From contig CBDDIJ010000005.1 of assembly GCA_965228855.1 (NCBI GenBank), positions 896,001-960,000 of the forward strand: a DNA stretch of 64,000 nucleotides, in the 5' to 3' direction. This document shows positions 49,585 to 59,573 of the stretch, in pieces. Positions within the stretch are counted from its first letter, which is position 1; each line of letters begins with the position of its first letter. The position numbers were made by a program, and so were the translations under genes. The notes under the pieces were generated by a model. That model was not told the origin of the DNA. It worked only from the letters and a program-made list of their open reading frames with translations, and made no database searches. This stretch comes from Candidatus Obscuribacterales bacterium. GTDB lineage: Bacteria > Cyanobacteriota > Vampirovibrionia > Obscuribacterales > Obscuribacteraceae.

Positions 49585-50901
49585 TTAATCGCGCGAGGTT
49601 TGAGGGATAAGTACTTCGTCCTCTTTGAGCCTCCAGCATTTCTTCCAGAGTTCAACATGCGTTGGAAAATCTTTTCTAAACCGTAGATCAAAATCACCGA
49701 AGACCGGGTCGTTGTTGTTGCTATAAACAGATAGCAGGAAGTTGATCATTCGTCGATGACCGACTGCAGTACCGATCTCGAATAGTGCTACAGGCGCCTG
49801 GTAGTAGGCTTTATGGAAATCGGCACCACTACGAAGCGGCGAGCGAGGAATCGGTCCTTCGGGTCCTTTCTCAGCCATCTTTCGGAAGAACTCCAGTAAG
49901 ACCTTCCCTCTCTCAGTTTGGGCGCCCGTTGCTGTTGCCACAAATGCAATATATTGCGGAATTCCTTCTACCATCCAGCCATCCTGTCCTTTAAGGTGCG
50001 CACCAAACCAGAAGTGAGATATCTCATGCGCTATAACCGCCCGGCATATCGCTTCTGAAGGATCGGCAGACAGATGAAGCGGTTCCAAACCAGATAAGGA
50101 AAGCTTGCCTCCGAAAGCAGTTCGCGAAAACAAGATCAGATTCCCACTCGGATTGCCGTTGACCGAAGATGTCCCTCCTCTGCGAATCACGCCCACTTTG
50201 ACCCGTCGGTGAGGCAGCTTACCAAATAGCTTCTGCTGCCAGGTCAGCTGGTCAGTAAACCAGGAGAGGTACTGTGGATCTGCCTGAAATCCTTCTGGAA
50301 AGATAAATTCAACTTCTAAGTTTCCACAACGCTTTACGACAGGCTCGGCAAAATGTGCCACCTGAAATTCCAACCCGTTAAACTGGATAACGTCTGTATC
50401 GGAAGTAAGTGCCGAATATCCAGCGGGCAGTTCAAAGCTTGCTTGATAAAGGGCACCGTCGGATTCAACCTCAGGATTAACCAAGGCTTTATTCAGGCAA
50501 TAAATTTCATCGTCTGATGCGGCGCACTTCTCACTGCTAATAGAGGTCTCTCCGACGAAGTCAACTTCTTCACCTCCTGGATCGACATCTATGGTGGAGC
50601 CGTTTTTAACATCAATCACTGAGAGTTTTTTCGAAAAGGTATAGTTTTGCTGTGGGGTGATAACGAATTTCAGCGAGCGATGCCCCTTCCACTTTACCGA
50701 TCCGATTGTCTGGAACTTTGTTTTGTCCATTGCCACTGGTTGGATCTTTAGTTGAAAAATCGGGACATCAGGAGTTTCGGCAGAGGCTGTCGACGTATTA
50801 GCTATTAATGCGGACATTAACGTACCCAATCTCACCAGGGCGCTTGTTCTCATCCACATTTCTCCAGAGTGGTTGTTATGAAACGTGGCGGGAAAAGCCA
50901 C
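49585..50901 (-). CDS. Secreted M1/gluzincin-like metallopeptidase
   Basis: IAHEISHFWFG...WMVEGIPQY zinc motif and AYYQAPVAL. A signal peptide after MWMRTS suggests a slightly later start. Confidence 0.8.
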   Translation of the reverse strand: MAFPATFHNNHSGEMWMRTSALVRLGTLMSALIANTSTASAETPDVPIFQLKIQPVAMDKTKFQTIGSVKWKGHRSLKFVITPQQNYTFSKKLSVIDVKNGSTIDVDPGGEEVDFVGETSISSEKCAASDDEIYCLNKALVNPEVESDGALYQASFELPAGYSALTSDTDVIQFNGLEFQVAHFAEPVVKRCGNLEVEFIFPEGFQADPQYLSWFTDQLTWQQKLFGKLPHRRVKVGVIRRGGTSSVNGNPSGNLILFSRTAFGGKLSLSGLEPLHLSADPSEAICRAVIAHEISHFWFGAHLKGQDGWMVEGIPQYIAFVATATGAQTERGKVLLEFFRKMAEKGPEGPIPRSPLRSGADFHKAYYQAPVALFEIGTAVGHRRMINFLLSVYSNNNDPVFGDFDLRFRKDFPTHVELWKKCWRLKEDEVLIPQTSRD

Positions 50902-51135
50902 GTTCTACAATAGGTGCCTTTGTTCCTGCCATAGCGGTTGCAGGTTCGCATGGAAGCATCTCGAATGTCAAGCAAGGACGAGTTTGATTTGCTGGACGAA
51001 GTCTAATCGGAAAACAGTGCTCGGGACGAATGAAGCTAATTTGAAGTTTTAGTAGTATCATATATGGTGCTACCGGCTTATTCCAATGTCGCGCTGCTGG
51101 TGCAGACAGCTGACACTTGGAGTGAACTCAAGCCT

Positions 51136-52833
51136 TCACTTCCTTCGAATGTCGAAGGTGTTTATCTCAGCAAAGTGTTTCTGAAACTCCTCAAAACTGA
51201 TTTTAAACTTTCCGTCGAGCTTCCCATCACGAGCGTCGCCGCCAAGTTTCAGGGGCTCAATTTCTCCGCCGAAATCGCCCTTGTGCGGATTCGACAATTC
51301 CACTTCGCCTGTCTTTTGATCGAATCCGCTTACCTGATAAACGTGCTTATGCATTAACCCGGTGCCTTGCGGAAGCTCCTGATGCGTCCCCGCGGTGACG
51401 CCCTTGTTAGCGTCGTTCACCAGATTGAGCTCAGCTCGAACTTTCTCCTCGACATCTTGAGGTGAGGTACGAATTGACTTGTTGCCAGTCATAGAACTGA
51501 TAGCCTTATGTTCGTTACCGCCCGTGCGAATCTGTTCTTGGACCGCCTGAGTACTGTTGTCATCCATCAGTGTTTTAAGGTGCTGGCTAAACGCTTTCTC
51601 TACAATCGCAGCGGTTTCGCCGCCTCCGAAGCGGGCACGCTCCGCATCAGTTGGTTTTGAAATAACAGTATCAACGTTTCCATAGCGACCTTCGTTGTCG
51701 GGCAGCTTAACTTGGAGCTTTCCGTCACCGAGATCCTTTATCTTGTCGTCGAAAAACGTTGGTTCCTTCTCTAAGATTGCAGCAACTGGAGCAAGAACAA
51801 AACAACTGCCGGTCTGTCCCTGCGACACGGGCAAATCGCTGGCCAGGTGCTTGGTATGGCTCTCCAGTGATTTTTGCAGAGAAACCGCATTGCTGCCTTG
51901 CCGATCTTTCAACTCTTTAGAATCGAATTTCCCGAGGTTGTCGCGAACGGCTTTGAGTCCGTCGCGGGTTATGCCAACATTCGGATCGGTCTCTCCCAGC
52001 TTACCCTTACCCGACTGGGCCGCTCCCCCGGTTTGCAATCCCTTTCCGCCAAGCTCATCCGCCACGTTCTTCCAGTTATCTGCAGCACCATATGCGGTGG
52101 CTAAATAAACCCCGCCTTCGCCGTTTGCTAATGCTGAATTCTCCATTTGCTGACCAAGCTCTTCACGAGTGACCGTACCATTTTGGTCCGCATCGATTTT
52201 CTCGAAATTGGAATCCAGCCAGCCTGTCATTTTTTCCATCGATGTCGCGAATTTTGTGTTGTGCGACGCGTCCGGTTTATAGTCCGGCAAATCCGCAAAT
52301 TTTTCCTTCGCAGCATCATCGGCTTTTGATTTGTCTGACGAAACCGACTTCGCTGCGCCAGACGAGTCACCAGCGACAATCTTCTTCGGGAAGGGAGCTT
52401 TCAGGACATCAAAGTCTGGTTCATCGCCACCACCGGAAGCTTCTTTCTTCGGCGGAAATTGCGATTTTTTGAGAATGGCGAAATCTTCGCCCTCATCTAA
52501 TTCTTCAGCGGTCCCCTCCTGCGAGGAAACCTTTTGCTCTGCCGGTTTTGAAGCTTTCGCAGGCGGAGCGCCGTCCTCCAGACCTGCAAGTGCTCGTGGC
52601 GCGTTGCCGACAATTTCACCGGTTTGCATATCGAGAAACTGCGCATCCTTTTCGGCAACGGTTTTATCATTGCCGCGAGCGACAGAACTTCCGCTGCCAA
52701 CGTCCGTCCCGCGCGTCGATGGCTGACCGTAGACCTCGCGAAGCAGATCATCAAATGGCGAACTCTGCGACGAATCGCGTCCGGAGAAATCGCCAGTATC
52801 TCGCTTTATCGGTTTTTGCTCTATTTCTGGCAT
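51136..52833 (-). CDS. EF-hand plus calpain-like (C2) cysteine peptidase
   Basis: EF hand DADQNGTVTREE; QGQTGSCFVLA (Cys), EKAF, HVYQV (His), LSNPH (Asn); long disordered N-terminus. Confidence 0.82.
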   Translation of the reverse strand: MPEIEQKPIKRDTGDFSGRDSSQSSPFDDLLREVYGQPSTRGTDVGSGSSVARGNDKTVAEKDAQFLDMQTGEIVGNAPRALAGLEDGAPPAKASKPAEQKVSSQEGTAEELDEGEDFAILKKSQFPPKKEASGGGDEPDFDVLKAPFPKKIVAGDSSGAAKSVSSDKSKADDAAKEKFADLPDYKPDASHNTKFATSMEKMTGWLDSNFEKIDADQNGTVTREELGQQMENSALANGEGGVYLATAYGAADNWKNVADELGGKGLQTGGAAQSGKGKLGETDPNVGITRDGLKAVRDNLGKFDSKELKDRQGSNAVSLQKSLESHTKHLASDLPVSQGQTGSCFVLAPVAAILEKEPTFFDDKIKDLGDGKLQVKLPDNEGRYGNVDTVISKPTDAERARFGGGETAAIVEKAFSQHLKTLMDDNSTQAVQEQIRTGGNEHKAISSMTGNKSIRTSPQDVEEKVRAELNLVNDANKGVTAGTHQELPQGTGLMHKHVYQVSGFDQKTGEVELSNPHKGDFGGEIEPLKLGGDARDGKLDGKFKISFEEFQKHFAEINTFDIRRK

Positions 52834-53073
52834 CAGGCACACGAATGAAACCGGGGTTGAGGTCCGGTTTTGATATTGGAGCGTGCACCCATGTTATTCA
52901 GTAATTGTGGCTAAAATGTGCCCGTTTTAGCAGGTGCGGCTCAATACCCATCCAGGTGATCTTTGGGTGAACATTTACCGTTGCTCAGATGTTTTTAACC
53001 AGAGCGAATTTATGGCATAGATCGCGCCTTTTTACGCTAATAATCTTTCTCGGCAGAGATATCGAACGCGTCA

Positions 53074-53586
53074 ATGAGTAAACGCGATCGCTCCTACAAT
53101 AAAGGCACCCACATGATCAATCAGGACCGCATCACGGACGATGTGCTAGATAACGTGCCAGTTATTTGTGTTTTGAAGGACGCTTATGGCGCGTTTGTCT
53201 ATTGGAACGAGGCGCTCAACCGTGCTTTCGAACTTCCCGCTGATGGTATGCGAGGGAAAACCGAATATCACTTCATGCCGGACGATGACGCGGCTGCAAT
53301 TCGCAACAACGACCGCAGGGTTCTGGCGACTGGTGAGGCTCTTAGCGCAATTGAATTCACACAATTCGCGGACGGCACTAGAGCCGCCTGGTTGGTAAAG
53401 AAGTTCCGAGTCGTTGTGAATGAGCAGAAATTTTTAGGCGTTATTGGTTGCCGCGTAGCAAACTATCCCGCCGACGCAAATACTTCTGAGAATATTCTGG
53501 CTCCGCATCTAGAACTTTGCACCAGCCGCCTGGCAGAGGTCGCTAAATCCATACGCCCACGTGACTATCTGCCGCCCGAATTATAG
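53074..53586 (+). CDS. Stand-alone PAS-domain protein
   Basis: LDNVPVICVLKDAYGAFVYWN...GKTEYHFMP...NDRRVLATG (PAS_4-like). Confidence 0.85.
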   Translation: MSKRDRSYNKGTHMINQDRITDDVLDNVPVICVLKDAYGAFVYWNEALNRAFELPADGMRGKTEYHFMPDDDAAAIRNNDRRVLATGEALSAIEFTQFADGTRAAWLVKKFRVVVNEQKFLGVIGCRVANYPADANTSENILAPHLELCTSRLAEVAKSIRPRDYLPPEL

Positions 53587-54054
53587 TTACAACCCAAGCT
53601 CGCTCAAACCTGCATGGTCAGCGGGACGCGTTGGTGTGGTCCAGCGATATTTGCGCTCGTCTTCGCGAATCGGCAGATCATTGATCGACGCGTACCGGTG
53701 TGTCATAAAACCGTCCGCATCGAACTCCCAATTCTCATTTCCGTAAGAGCGAAACCAGTTTCCTGAGTCGTCTCGCCACTCGTATGCAAACCGCACAGCA
53801 ATTCGGTTTCCATCGAATGCCCAGAGTTCCTTTATTAAACGGTAGTCTATTTCTTTACTCCACTTCCGGCTCAAAAATTCAACGATTGCCTCGCGACCGG
53901 AAAATATCTCAGCACGGTTACGCCAGGCGCTATCAATGGAATATGCTTGAGCAACGAGTTCTGGATTTCTTGAGTTCCAAGCGTCTTCGGCCGCTCGAAC
54001 TTTAGCAATTGCGGTCTCTCTCGTGAACGGAGGAACTGGCGGTCGCGGTGCCAT
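53587..54054 (-). CDS. DUF1348 / NTF2-like (SnoaL-fold) protein
   Basis: [46 protein letters not shown]. Confidence 0.93.
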   Translation of the reverse strand: MAPRPPVPPFTRETAIAKVRAAEDAWNSRNPELVAQAYSIDSAWRNRAEIFSGREAIVEFLSRKWSKEIDYRLIKELWAFDGNRIAVRFAYEWRDDSGNWFRSYGNENWEFDADGFMTHRYASINDLPIREDERKYRWTTPTRPADHAGLSELGL

Positions 54055-54167
54055 TTAAACTTCCTTCTAGCTGGCGTCGATCGTCGCACAGGATAACACA
54101 AATGCGTGCCGGAGCATGAATTTGCCTAGGCAACTTAAGTCAGACACTCTTGGACGAACGCTTGTTG

Positions 54168-56030
54168 CTACTTCTTGAAGCTGCCTCCCTCATCAAGTGA
54201 AAATGCATGAGAGAAGACGTTGGGATCGAAGTACTCTCGAAACAGCTTTATTTTTCCATCCACTACGCGGAATAGCCCACCATAGCGCTGATCATAGATA
54301 CGTCCAGTGGTTTTGATCTCGCAGACTCCATGATATTCAACAAACACTACCTGCGGGTCCAGGGTTGGGTAGAACACCAATTCTTTGGTAAAACTGGCTT
54401 CACCACTGTTTTCCGGCCAAGCGGAATAATGCGCTACCAAGTTAGCTTTGCCTTCTATTCGCTTTGGAAAATTCTGAGGAGAGTATGGCATTTCCTGAAC
54501 TGCATCATCAGCCCAGACCGATGCAAACTTCTCCATGTCCTTCTCTTCCAAGCTCTTCAAAAACTCTCGCACCACCTGCATGGTTTGCACTCGCTGCAGG
54601 TAGGAGACTGGCTTTATAGAAGCAGCGCTAATAGCACGCGATAGGACGTCTCTAGAACCAGCCTCACCGGTCAGGTGAAAGGTCATGCCGCGCACGACCC
54701 ACTTTTCTGAATCGACTTTATCGATAACGTAATCATATGTCCCTTTGACTTGCCACTGCTCGCCACCAATATGATGATCTGCGATTACATCAGCGGTAGC
54801 AGTAGAGTGTGTAGCATCGAGCAACTTTACGGATATATTGCTGAGTTGATGGCGCGTCACATCGAAACCAGGTAAAAGGGCAGCCCATGCTGACATTAGC
54901 GCCTGTTTCTGTTTGAGCTCAGGTTCTCCACCGAAAGCCGAAGTGTAATCGACATCCACTTCATTAGCAAAACAAGATTCCAGAGACTCAAAATTCCTGT
55001 TATCGGCTAGATTAGCCACACTCTCAATCAAATTCTCAATCAGCGCAACATTTATGGCATTTGATGATTCGGAAGTTAGATTCATAGCATCCTCACACGA
55101 CTTCTCGCTCCGTCTAAAAAAATCTGTCGCCACCACACTAACCAAATTCACAATTCGGGGACGATCGTAAAAATCGAATTGAGATACCTTCTCTAGCCAA
55201 ACCTCCTCCTTCAGTCCTCTCAATCGAGAATAAAATAACCGTGCTCCGTCTGGAATAGCAGCATCAGAAGAATGAATAATGAGCACGGGTACGCGAATAT
55301 CAGGCGCTACAGATTGCGCATCAAATTTTAACCACGGTCTCCAGGAGCAGGTGTTGAATTTGTTGTCCCACTCTGGAATCATCCCGCGTGCGGGTTCAGT
55401 ATAATACGGTACGTCAAACATAACAGCCGAGTGGTCGGTCGCACTTGCAGCCAAAACTATTTTTGACACATCACTCTGAAGTTCGAGTTCACGAACCGCT
55501 TGCTTGCCACCATATGCTTCCTCAACAATCTGACTATCGTGCAACCATGGCGCTATAAGAGAAATGGCTGATATGTGATTACTTTCCGCCGCAGCCCGAG
55601 CCATATAGCCAGCACTAGCGCAAATTCCAACTCCGTTGATTCGGTCTGGATCTATCTCCGGTCTAGTAGATAGAAATTCCGCTGCTGCTTTTATATCCGA
55701 AATCTTTTCAGACGGATCTTCGATAAAGTTTCTCGTCTCATCGATTCTTTTACTTCGTCCCCACCCCCGAAAATCAAATGTAAGCGCGGCAAATCCCTTA
55801 CCAGCCATAGCAAGTGCATAAGTTCCAGGCATCTGCTCCTGCACCGTCATCCAGGCTCCGGTAACTATCACTCCGCGCAGTTTGTTGACATTTCCTTTTG
55901 GCAAATACAACCGGCCTACAATTTTCTCAGCACCATTTTCAAAAGAAACATCATGTACTGATACCGCGGCATGAGATGTTTGAGCAGTCAATGCCACTGT
56001 AAGGGCTGAGGCAGCTAGCTTCCGAACCAT
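54168..56030 (-). CDS. Fusion: signal peptide + alpha/beta hydrolase + SnoaL-like + PhzA/B-like SnoaL domain
   Basis: FDFRGWGRS, GICASAG; FANEVDVDYTS...TRHQLSN; WADDAVQEMPY...FREYFDP. Confidence 0.85.
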   Translation of the reverse strand: MVRKLAASALTVALTAQTSHAAVSVHDVSFENGAEKIVGRLYLPKGNVNKLRGVIVTGAWMTVQEQMPGTYALAMAGKGFAALTFDFRGWGRSKRIDETRNFIEDPSEKISDIKAAAEFLSTRPEIDPDRINGVGICASAGYMARAAAESNHISAISLIAPWLHDSQIVEEAYGGKQAVRELELQSDVSKIVLAASATDHSAVMFDVPYYTEPARGMIPEWDNKFNTCSWRPWLKFDAQSVAPDIRVPVLIIHSSDAAIPDGARLFYSRLRGLKEEVWLEKVSQFDFYDRPRIVNLVSVVATDFFRRSEKSCEDAMNLTSESSNAINVALIENLIESVANLADNRNFESLESCFANEVDVDYTSAFGGEPELKQKQALMSAWAALLPGFDVTRHQLSNISVKLLDATHSTATADVIADHHIGGEQWQVKGTYDYVIDKVDSEKWVVRGMTFHLTGEAGSRDVLSRAISAASIKPVSYLQRVQTMQVVREFLKSLEEKDMEKFASVWADDAVQEMPYSPQNFPKRIEGKANLVAHYSAWPENSGEASFTKELVFYPTLDPQVVFVEYHGVCEIKTTGRIYDQRYGGLFRVVDGKIKLFREYFDPNVFSHAFSLDEGGSFKK

Positions 56031-56105
56031 AGAACCTCTCAGAAAAATGGAGTCTTGGATTTGAAATTGTCTGGCCGGATCAATATTTTTTCTTGAACAA
56101 TCTTG

Positions 56106-56984
56106 CTACTGTAAAACATTTGTTCTAAAAACGCTTGGAGTCACGCCTGTTAAGTGCTTAAAGGTTCTGGAGAAATGCGCTTGATCTGCAAAACCACAGG
56201 CGAGAGCGACCTCAACGAGCGTGCAAGTCGAATCGCGGAGAAGTCTTTTACTATGCTCGATTCTGCGCGCAAGCAGTGCTTGATGCGGTGTCTGGCCGGT
56301 AGTCGACTTAAACAGGCGAGCGAAGTGAAACAAACTCACACCTGCTTGCTTGGCTAAATCATCTATGAAAACCTCATTGCCAAAATTCTCTCGCATGTAA
56401 TCCATCACGGTATTTAATTGTCGTGCTGACAAAACACGTATATGGCGACTGTCGTCTTGCGGAATAGCATATGACCTCAAAAGCTCCACGAGAAATGCTT
56501 GAGTGATTGCTCTATACGAAGTAACTGAGCAGCTTGCCGAGCTCAGTTCACCTAGTGCAAGAACACCTAAGCCTATCAATTCGGAATTGCGCACTTTTAC
56601 ACCGTCAAGCAGCTGCTTCTCAGTCAATTCAACTCCGAATTGCGCAGACGCGAATCTGGCTAAACCTTCAGGACGCAACGTGACTATTATGCACTTGGAG
56701 CGGTCGTACCAGTACCAGCTGGAGCGCACACCTCTGGGAGTTATGACGATATCGTCCTTGATGAACGTGAAGTCGTGCAAATCCCCGGCTCTTCTATTCT
56801 GAACTCTATGGGGCTTATCGCAGAGATTCAATACAACGTGATGCTGCTCAAAAACTTCACTCCGCATTCCAGCCGGATCTGCCTCAAAGTACTCAAGAGT
56901 CAAGATATCGTCTGTAAATGGCGAAACGACATCACTCGACCTGAGCAATGCAGGCGTGGGATAAACGTCTTGATACAGTGCCAT
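56106..56984 (-). CDS. AraC-family transcriptional regulator
   Basis: LAKQAGVSLFHFARLFK, VALACGFADQAHFSRTFK...GVTPSVFR. Confidence 0.95.
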   Translation of the reverse strand: MALYQDVYPTPALLRSSDVVSPFTDDILTLEYFEADPAGMRSEVFEQHHVVLNLCDKPHRVQNRRAGDLHDFTFIKDDIVITPRGVRSSWYWYDRSKCIIVTLRPEGLARFASAQFGVELTEKQLLDGVKVRNSELIGLGVLALGELSSASCSVTSYRAITQAFLVELLRSYAIPQDDSRHIRVLSARQLNTVMDYMRENFGNEVFIDDLAKQAGVSLFHFARLFKSTTGQTPHQALLARRIEHSKRLLRDSTCTLVEVALACGFADQAHFSRTFKHLTGVTPSVFRTNVLQ

Positions 56985-57059
56985 GGAGACATTCTAATCA
57001 GCCTATGTCATTTTGGCAAACAAACATTGTAGCGAAGATTTACAGGACAGGTAACAGCG

Positions 57060-57320
57060 CTAATGACCGGAGGTACCGCCGAGCGATGAGCCACCGCCCA
57101 GGGAATGATGCGCTCCAGCACCGCCCGTTAACACCGGGACGAGTTCGCCGTCCGAGTAGTTAGACTTGGTTTGGGTGACGGTCGGTGATTTTGTTTCAAC
57201 GGAAAGCGATGATTTGTTCGCCGCTGAATTAAAATAGGCAAGAACGGCCAGCGAGACAATTAAAAGACCGGCGAGCAAAAACTTCAGGGACACTCCCGAG
57301 AGTCCAAGTTTCCTAGTCAT
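57060..57320 (-). CDS. Small membrane-anchored protein with a Gly/His-rich tail
   Basis: GGAGG RBS, one TM helix, C-terminus GGAGAHHSLGGGSSLGGTSGH. Confidence 0.6.
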   Translation of the reverse strand: MTRKLGLSGVSLKFLLAGLLIVSLAVLAYFNSAANKSSLSVETKSPTVTQTKSNYSDGELVPVLTGGAGAHHSLGGGSSLGGTSGH

Positions 57321-57564
57321 GTTACCTCCAGGCTTAGCGCGGCGGCAAAGACACGAAATTCAGCTACCGAATACGGTGGCGGTCGCTCCTCGTTGTTCGT
57401 CCGTTCCTTCTCCTCCCAAGAGTAACATGTTTGTTGCCAGCAGGCACATTAAGCACGAAGTTATTTGATTTTATCCGGCGAAACGCCCGTCGTTTCCTTG
57501 CCATCCAAACAGAATCGCGCGTTCGATGTATTAATGATTTCACCTTCCGATCGCAGCAATCAAG

Positions 57565-58335
57565 CTATCTCAATTGCTGATACATGATGATATCGTTGTC
57601 AATCAAACCGCGCCCCGGGACGAATTTCAACGAATGGCGTTGTTCGCCGTCGATATTGACGATATAGGTTTGGGTTTCTTCGTCAAAAATTTCCCAATCG
57701 CCGGAAGCACCGGATGTGGTGACAACCTTTCCGTCTGAAGTGAATTTGCAGTCGCCGAGTGGTTTCGTATAACCTGCCAATTGTTTGTAAACGCCGACAA
57801 TCGGCGTTGTCGGAGCGCTTGACGGCAGAAATGAAACAGCGCCAGTCACCTCGATTTCATAATTTCCACCGACGCGCACTAGTGCGTTTGTAGGTGGCGC
57901 CACGGTGACGATCATCTTCGTCGGCTTTTTGAGCGTTCCATCGAATGTCGCGTCAATAGGCGTTCCTTGCGATGTGACGACCTTACTCGTGTGCCACGTG
58001 TTGCCCGGGTCTGACATAGTGAACGTAACAGACGTGCGTGGAGCGGTTCCATAAATTCCCATCGCTGAAAACGTGACGTGCACTTTATTCGCCCCGGGCC
58101 GCGCCATGAAAGTCCAGTATTGCGGTCCAACCAGAGCGTCGACCAGTCCACGATTGATTCCCGGTTTTAATGGCGTTGGCGCATCCGGTTTTAAAGATTG
58201 CGCATCAGCGCTGTGACATCCAAGCAAAGGTGCAACCATTGATAGAAGAACCAGAATTTTGCGACGAGCCGTTCGTTTCAGCAAACTGACCGGCCAGAAA
58301 CTTGCACCAGTGACGATCAGTTTCTTCGTATCCAT
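57565..58335 (-). CDS. Hypothetical secreted beta-rich protein
   Basis: Signal-like RRKILVLLSMVAPLLGCHSADA; ATG 58335 with AAGG upstream. Confidence 0.75.
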   Translation of the reverse strand: MDTKKLIVTGASFWPVSLLKRTARRKILVLLSMVAPLLGCHSADAQSLKPDAPTPLKPGINRGLVDALVGPQYWTFMARPGANKVHVTFSAMGIYGTAPRTSVTFTMSDPGNTWHTSKVVTSQGTPIDATFDGTLKKPTKMIVTVAPPTNALVRVGGNYEIEVTGAVSFLPSSAPTTPIVGVYKQLAGYTKPLGDCKFTSDGKVVTTSGASGDWEIFDEETQTYIVNIDGEQRHSLKFVPGRGLIDNDIIMYQQLR

Positions 58336-58548
58336 TTTAATTACCTTTTCCCTTTTCAAGTTCTAATTTCGAACTTTCCGATTACTGGGACCAGCGCTCA
58401 ACGCCGACATTCATAACAATAGAGGTCGTCTGTCCCAGTCTTGTCTTTGAAATGTCCCCAAAGTGTCTCCAACGTCAAAAAGCTGTCAACGGTTGCCGAT
58501 CCCGCTAATTAAGCACCAACCGGCCGCCTTTCACACGGCAAGAAAATT

Positions 58549-58580
58549 GGTTCAAAATTGTCATAATTGACGGCTAAAGT
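58549..58580 (+). promoter_or_regulatory. Conserved box plus -10 element (copy 1)
   Basis: GGTTCAAAATTGTCAT-AATTGACGGC-TAAAGT. Confidence 0.7.
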
Positions 58581-58586
58581 GTTTTT

Positions 58587-58737
58587 GTTGCGCAAGGGAA
58601 CGCAACACCGGTAAGCAAATAGTGATGGGAACGCCAAGCCACTTGTACCAAGGGGAGCGCGGTACAGGTGGCTTAGCTCATCGTTTCAGATTTCATCCAA
58701 CCCAAGTACTAAACGGTCCTCGCAAGAGGACCTTTTA
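58587..58737 (+). ncRNA. Candidate ~150-nt structured small RNA with GGA-containing loops
   Basis: Promoter upstream; hairpins at 58586-58607 and 58636-58674; ends in a terminator-like hairpin. Confidence 0.5.
58715..58736 (+). terminator. Intrinsic terminator-like hairpin
   Basis: GGTCCTC-GCAA-GAGGACC followed by TTTT. Confidence 0.65.
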
Positions 58738-58740
58738 GTT

Positions 58741-58772
58741 AGTTCAAAAATGTCATAAGTAGTCGCTACATT
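58741..58772 (+). promoter_or_regulatory. Conserved box plus -10 element (copy 2)
   Basis: AGTTCAAAAATGTCAT-AAGTAGTCGC-TACATT, upstream of gene 58806. Confidence 0.7.
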
Positions 58773-58805
58773 GGACTCATTCGTTCCTATTAAGGTTATT
58801 GCTCC

Positions 58806-59570
58806 ATGTTTGAATCTCACGATAGTGCAAATTCACAAACCTCCGGCACCGCAGAAGATACCAGCTTATACTTGTCCGACTTCGTAATGAATACAATAAA
58901 GGAATCCGGTTCCTCGTTTAACCCTGATTTACGGACCAGCAACACACAAGAAACAGCTAATAGTAACGACTCACAATTTCTAGAGTTCGGTCCAATCCCT
59001 GGAGTCGTAGCACTTAAGCCGGGCGAAATACCGCCGTCGCCCATCGTGCGCGATCAACTGGAAGCAGAGCTTCGTCTCAACGCCATCACTCCGCCCGGCG
59101 ACGGCGAATTCGACGCGCTATCCAGAGATTTAAATCACGCCTTTGTATCAGGCGATTTGAGTGAATTTCAACGAGTTCTGCAATCTACTAATGACCTCGA
59201 TATGAGAAACAGTCTGGTAGATAAACTAGATGAGCGGCTGGACGCTCTGGAGCAGGGATTGCCGAACGAGACGCAAATGTACGCAAACGGCAACTCGATG
59301 GAGTTTTTCCCCGAGGACGAGCAGCGCGTCTACGGATTCACGATGGATCTCAACACGAATGAAACAAACGCGATACTCGCCGACGTCACAAAAGTCAACG
59401 TCAACGGCAATTGGTATCCGGCAATGGTGCCGGTTTTGGACGAAAACAAGCAGCCTGTCCAGGTAGATACTGATACAGCAAAACTATTTCAAACACTGAC
59501 CCAGAATGAAGTGCGCTCAATCGCCTCAAGCAACGAACCTCTAGGAACAATTGAGCCGGTTGAACGCTAA
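58806..59570 (+). CDS. Hypothetical acidic protein, tandem paralog 1 of 3
   Basis: MFES start; LNHAFVSGDLSEFQRVL...LDERLDALE core. Confidence 0.85.
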   Translation: MFESHDSANSQTSGTAEDTSLYLSDFVMNTIKESGSSFNPDLRTSNTQETANSNDSQFLEFGPIPGVVALKPGEIPPSPIVRDQLEAELRLNAITPPGDGEFDALSRDLNHAFVSGDLSEFQRVLQSTNDLDMRNSLVDKLDERLDALEQGLPNETQMYANGNSMEFFPEDEQRVYGFTMDLNTNETNAILADVTKVNVNGNWYPAMVPVLDENKQPVQVDTDTAKLFQTLTQNEVRSIASSNEPLGTIEPVER

Positions 59571-59573
59571 TCT

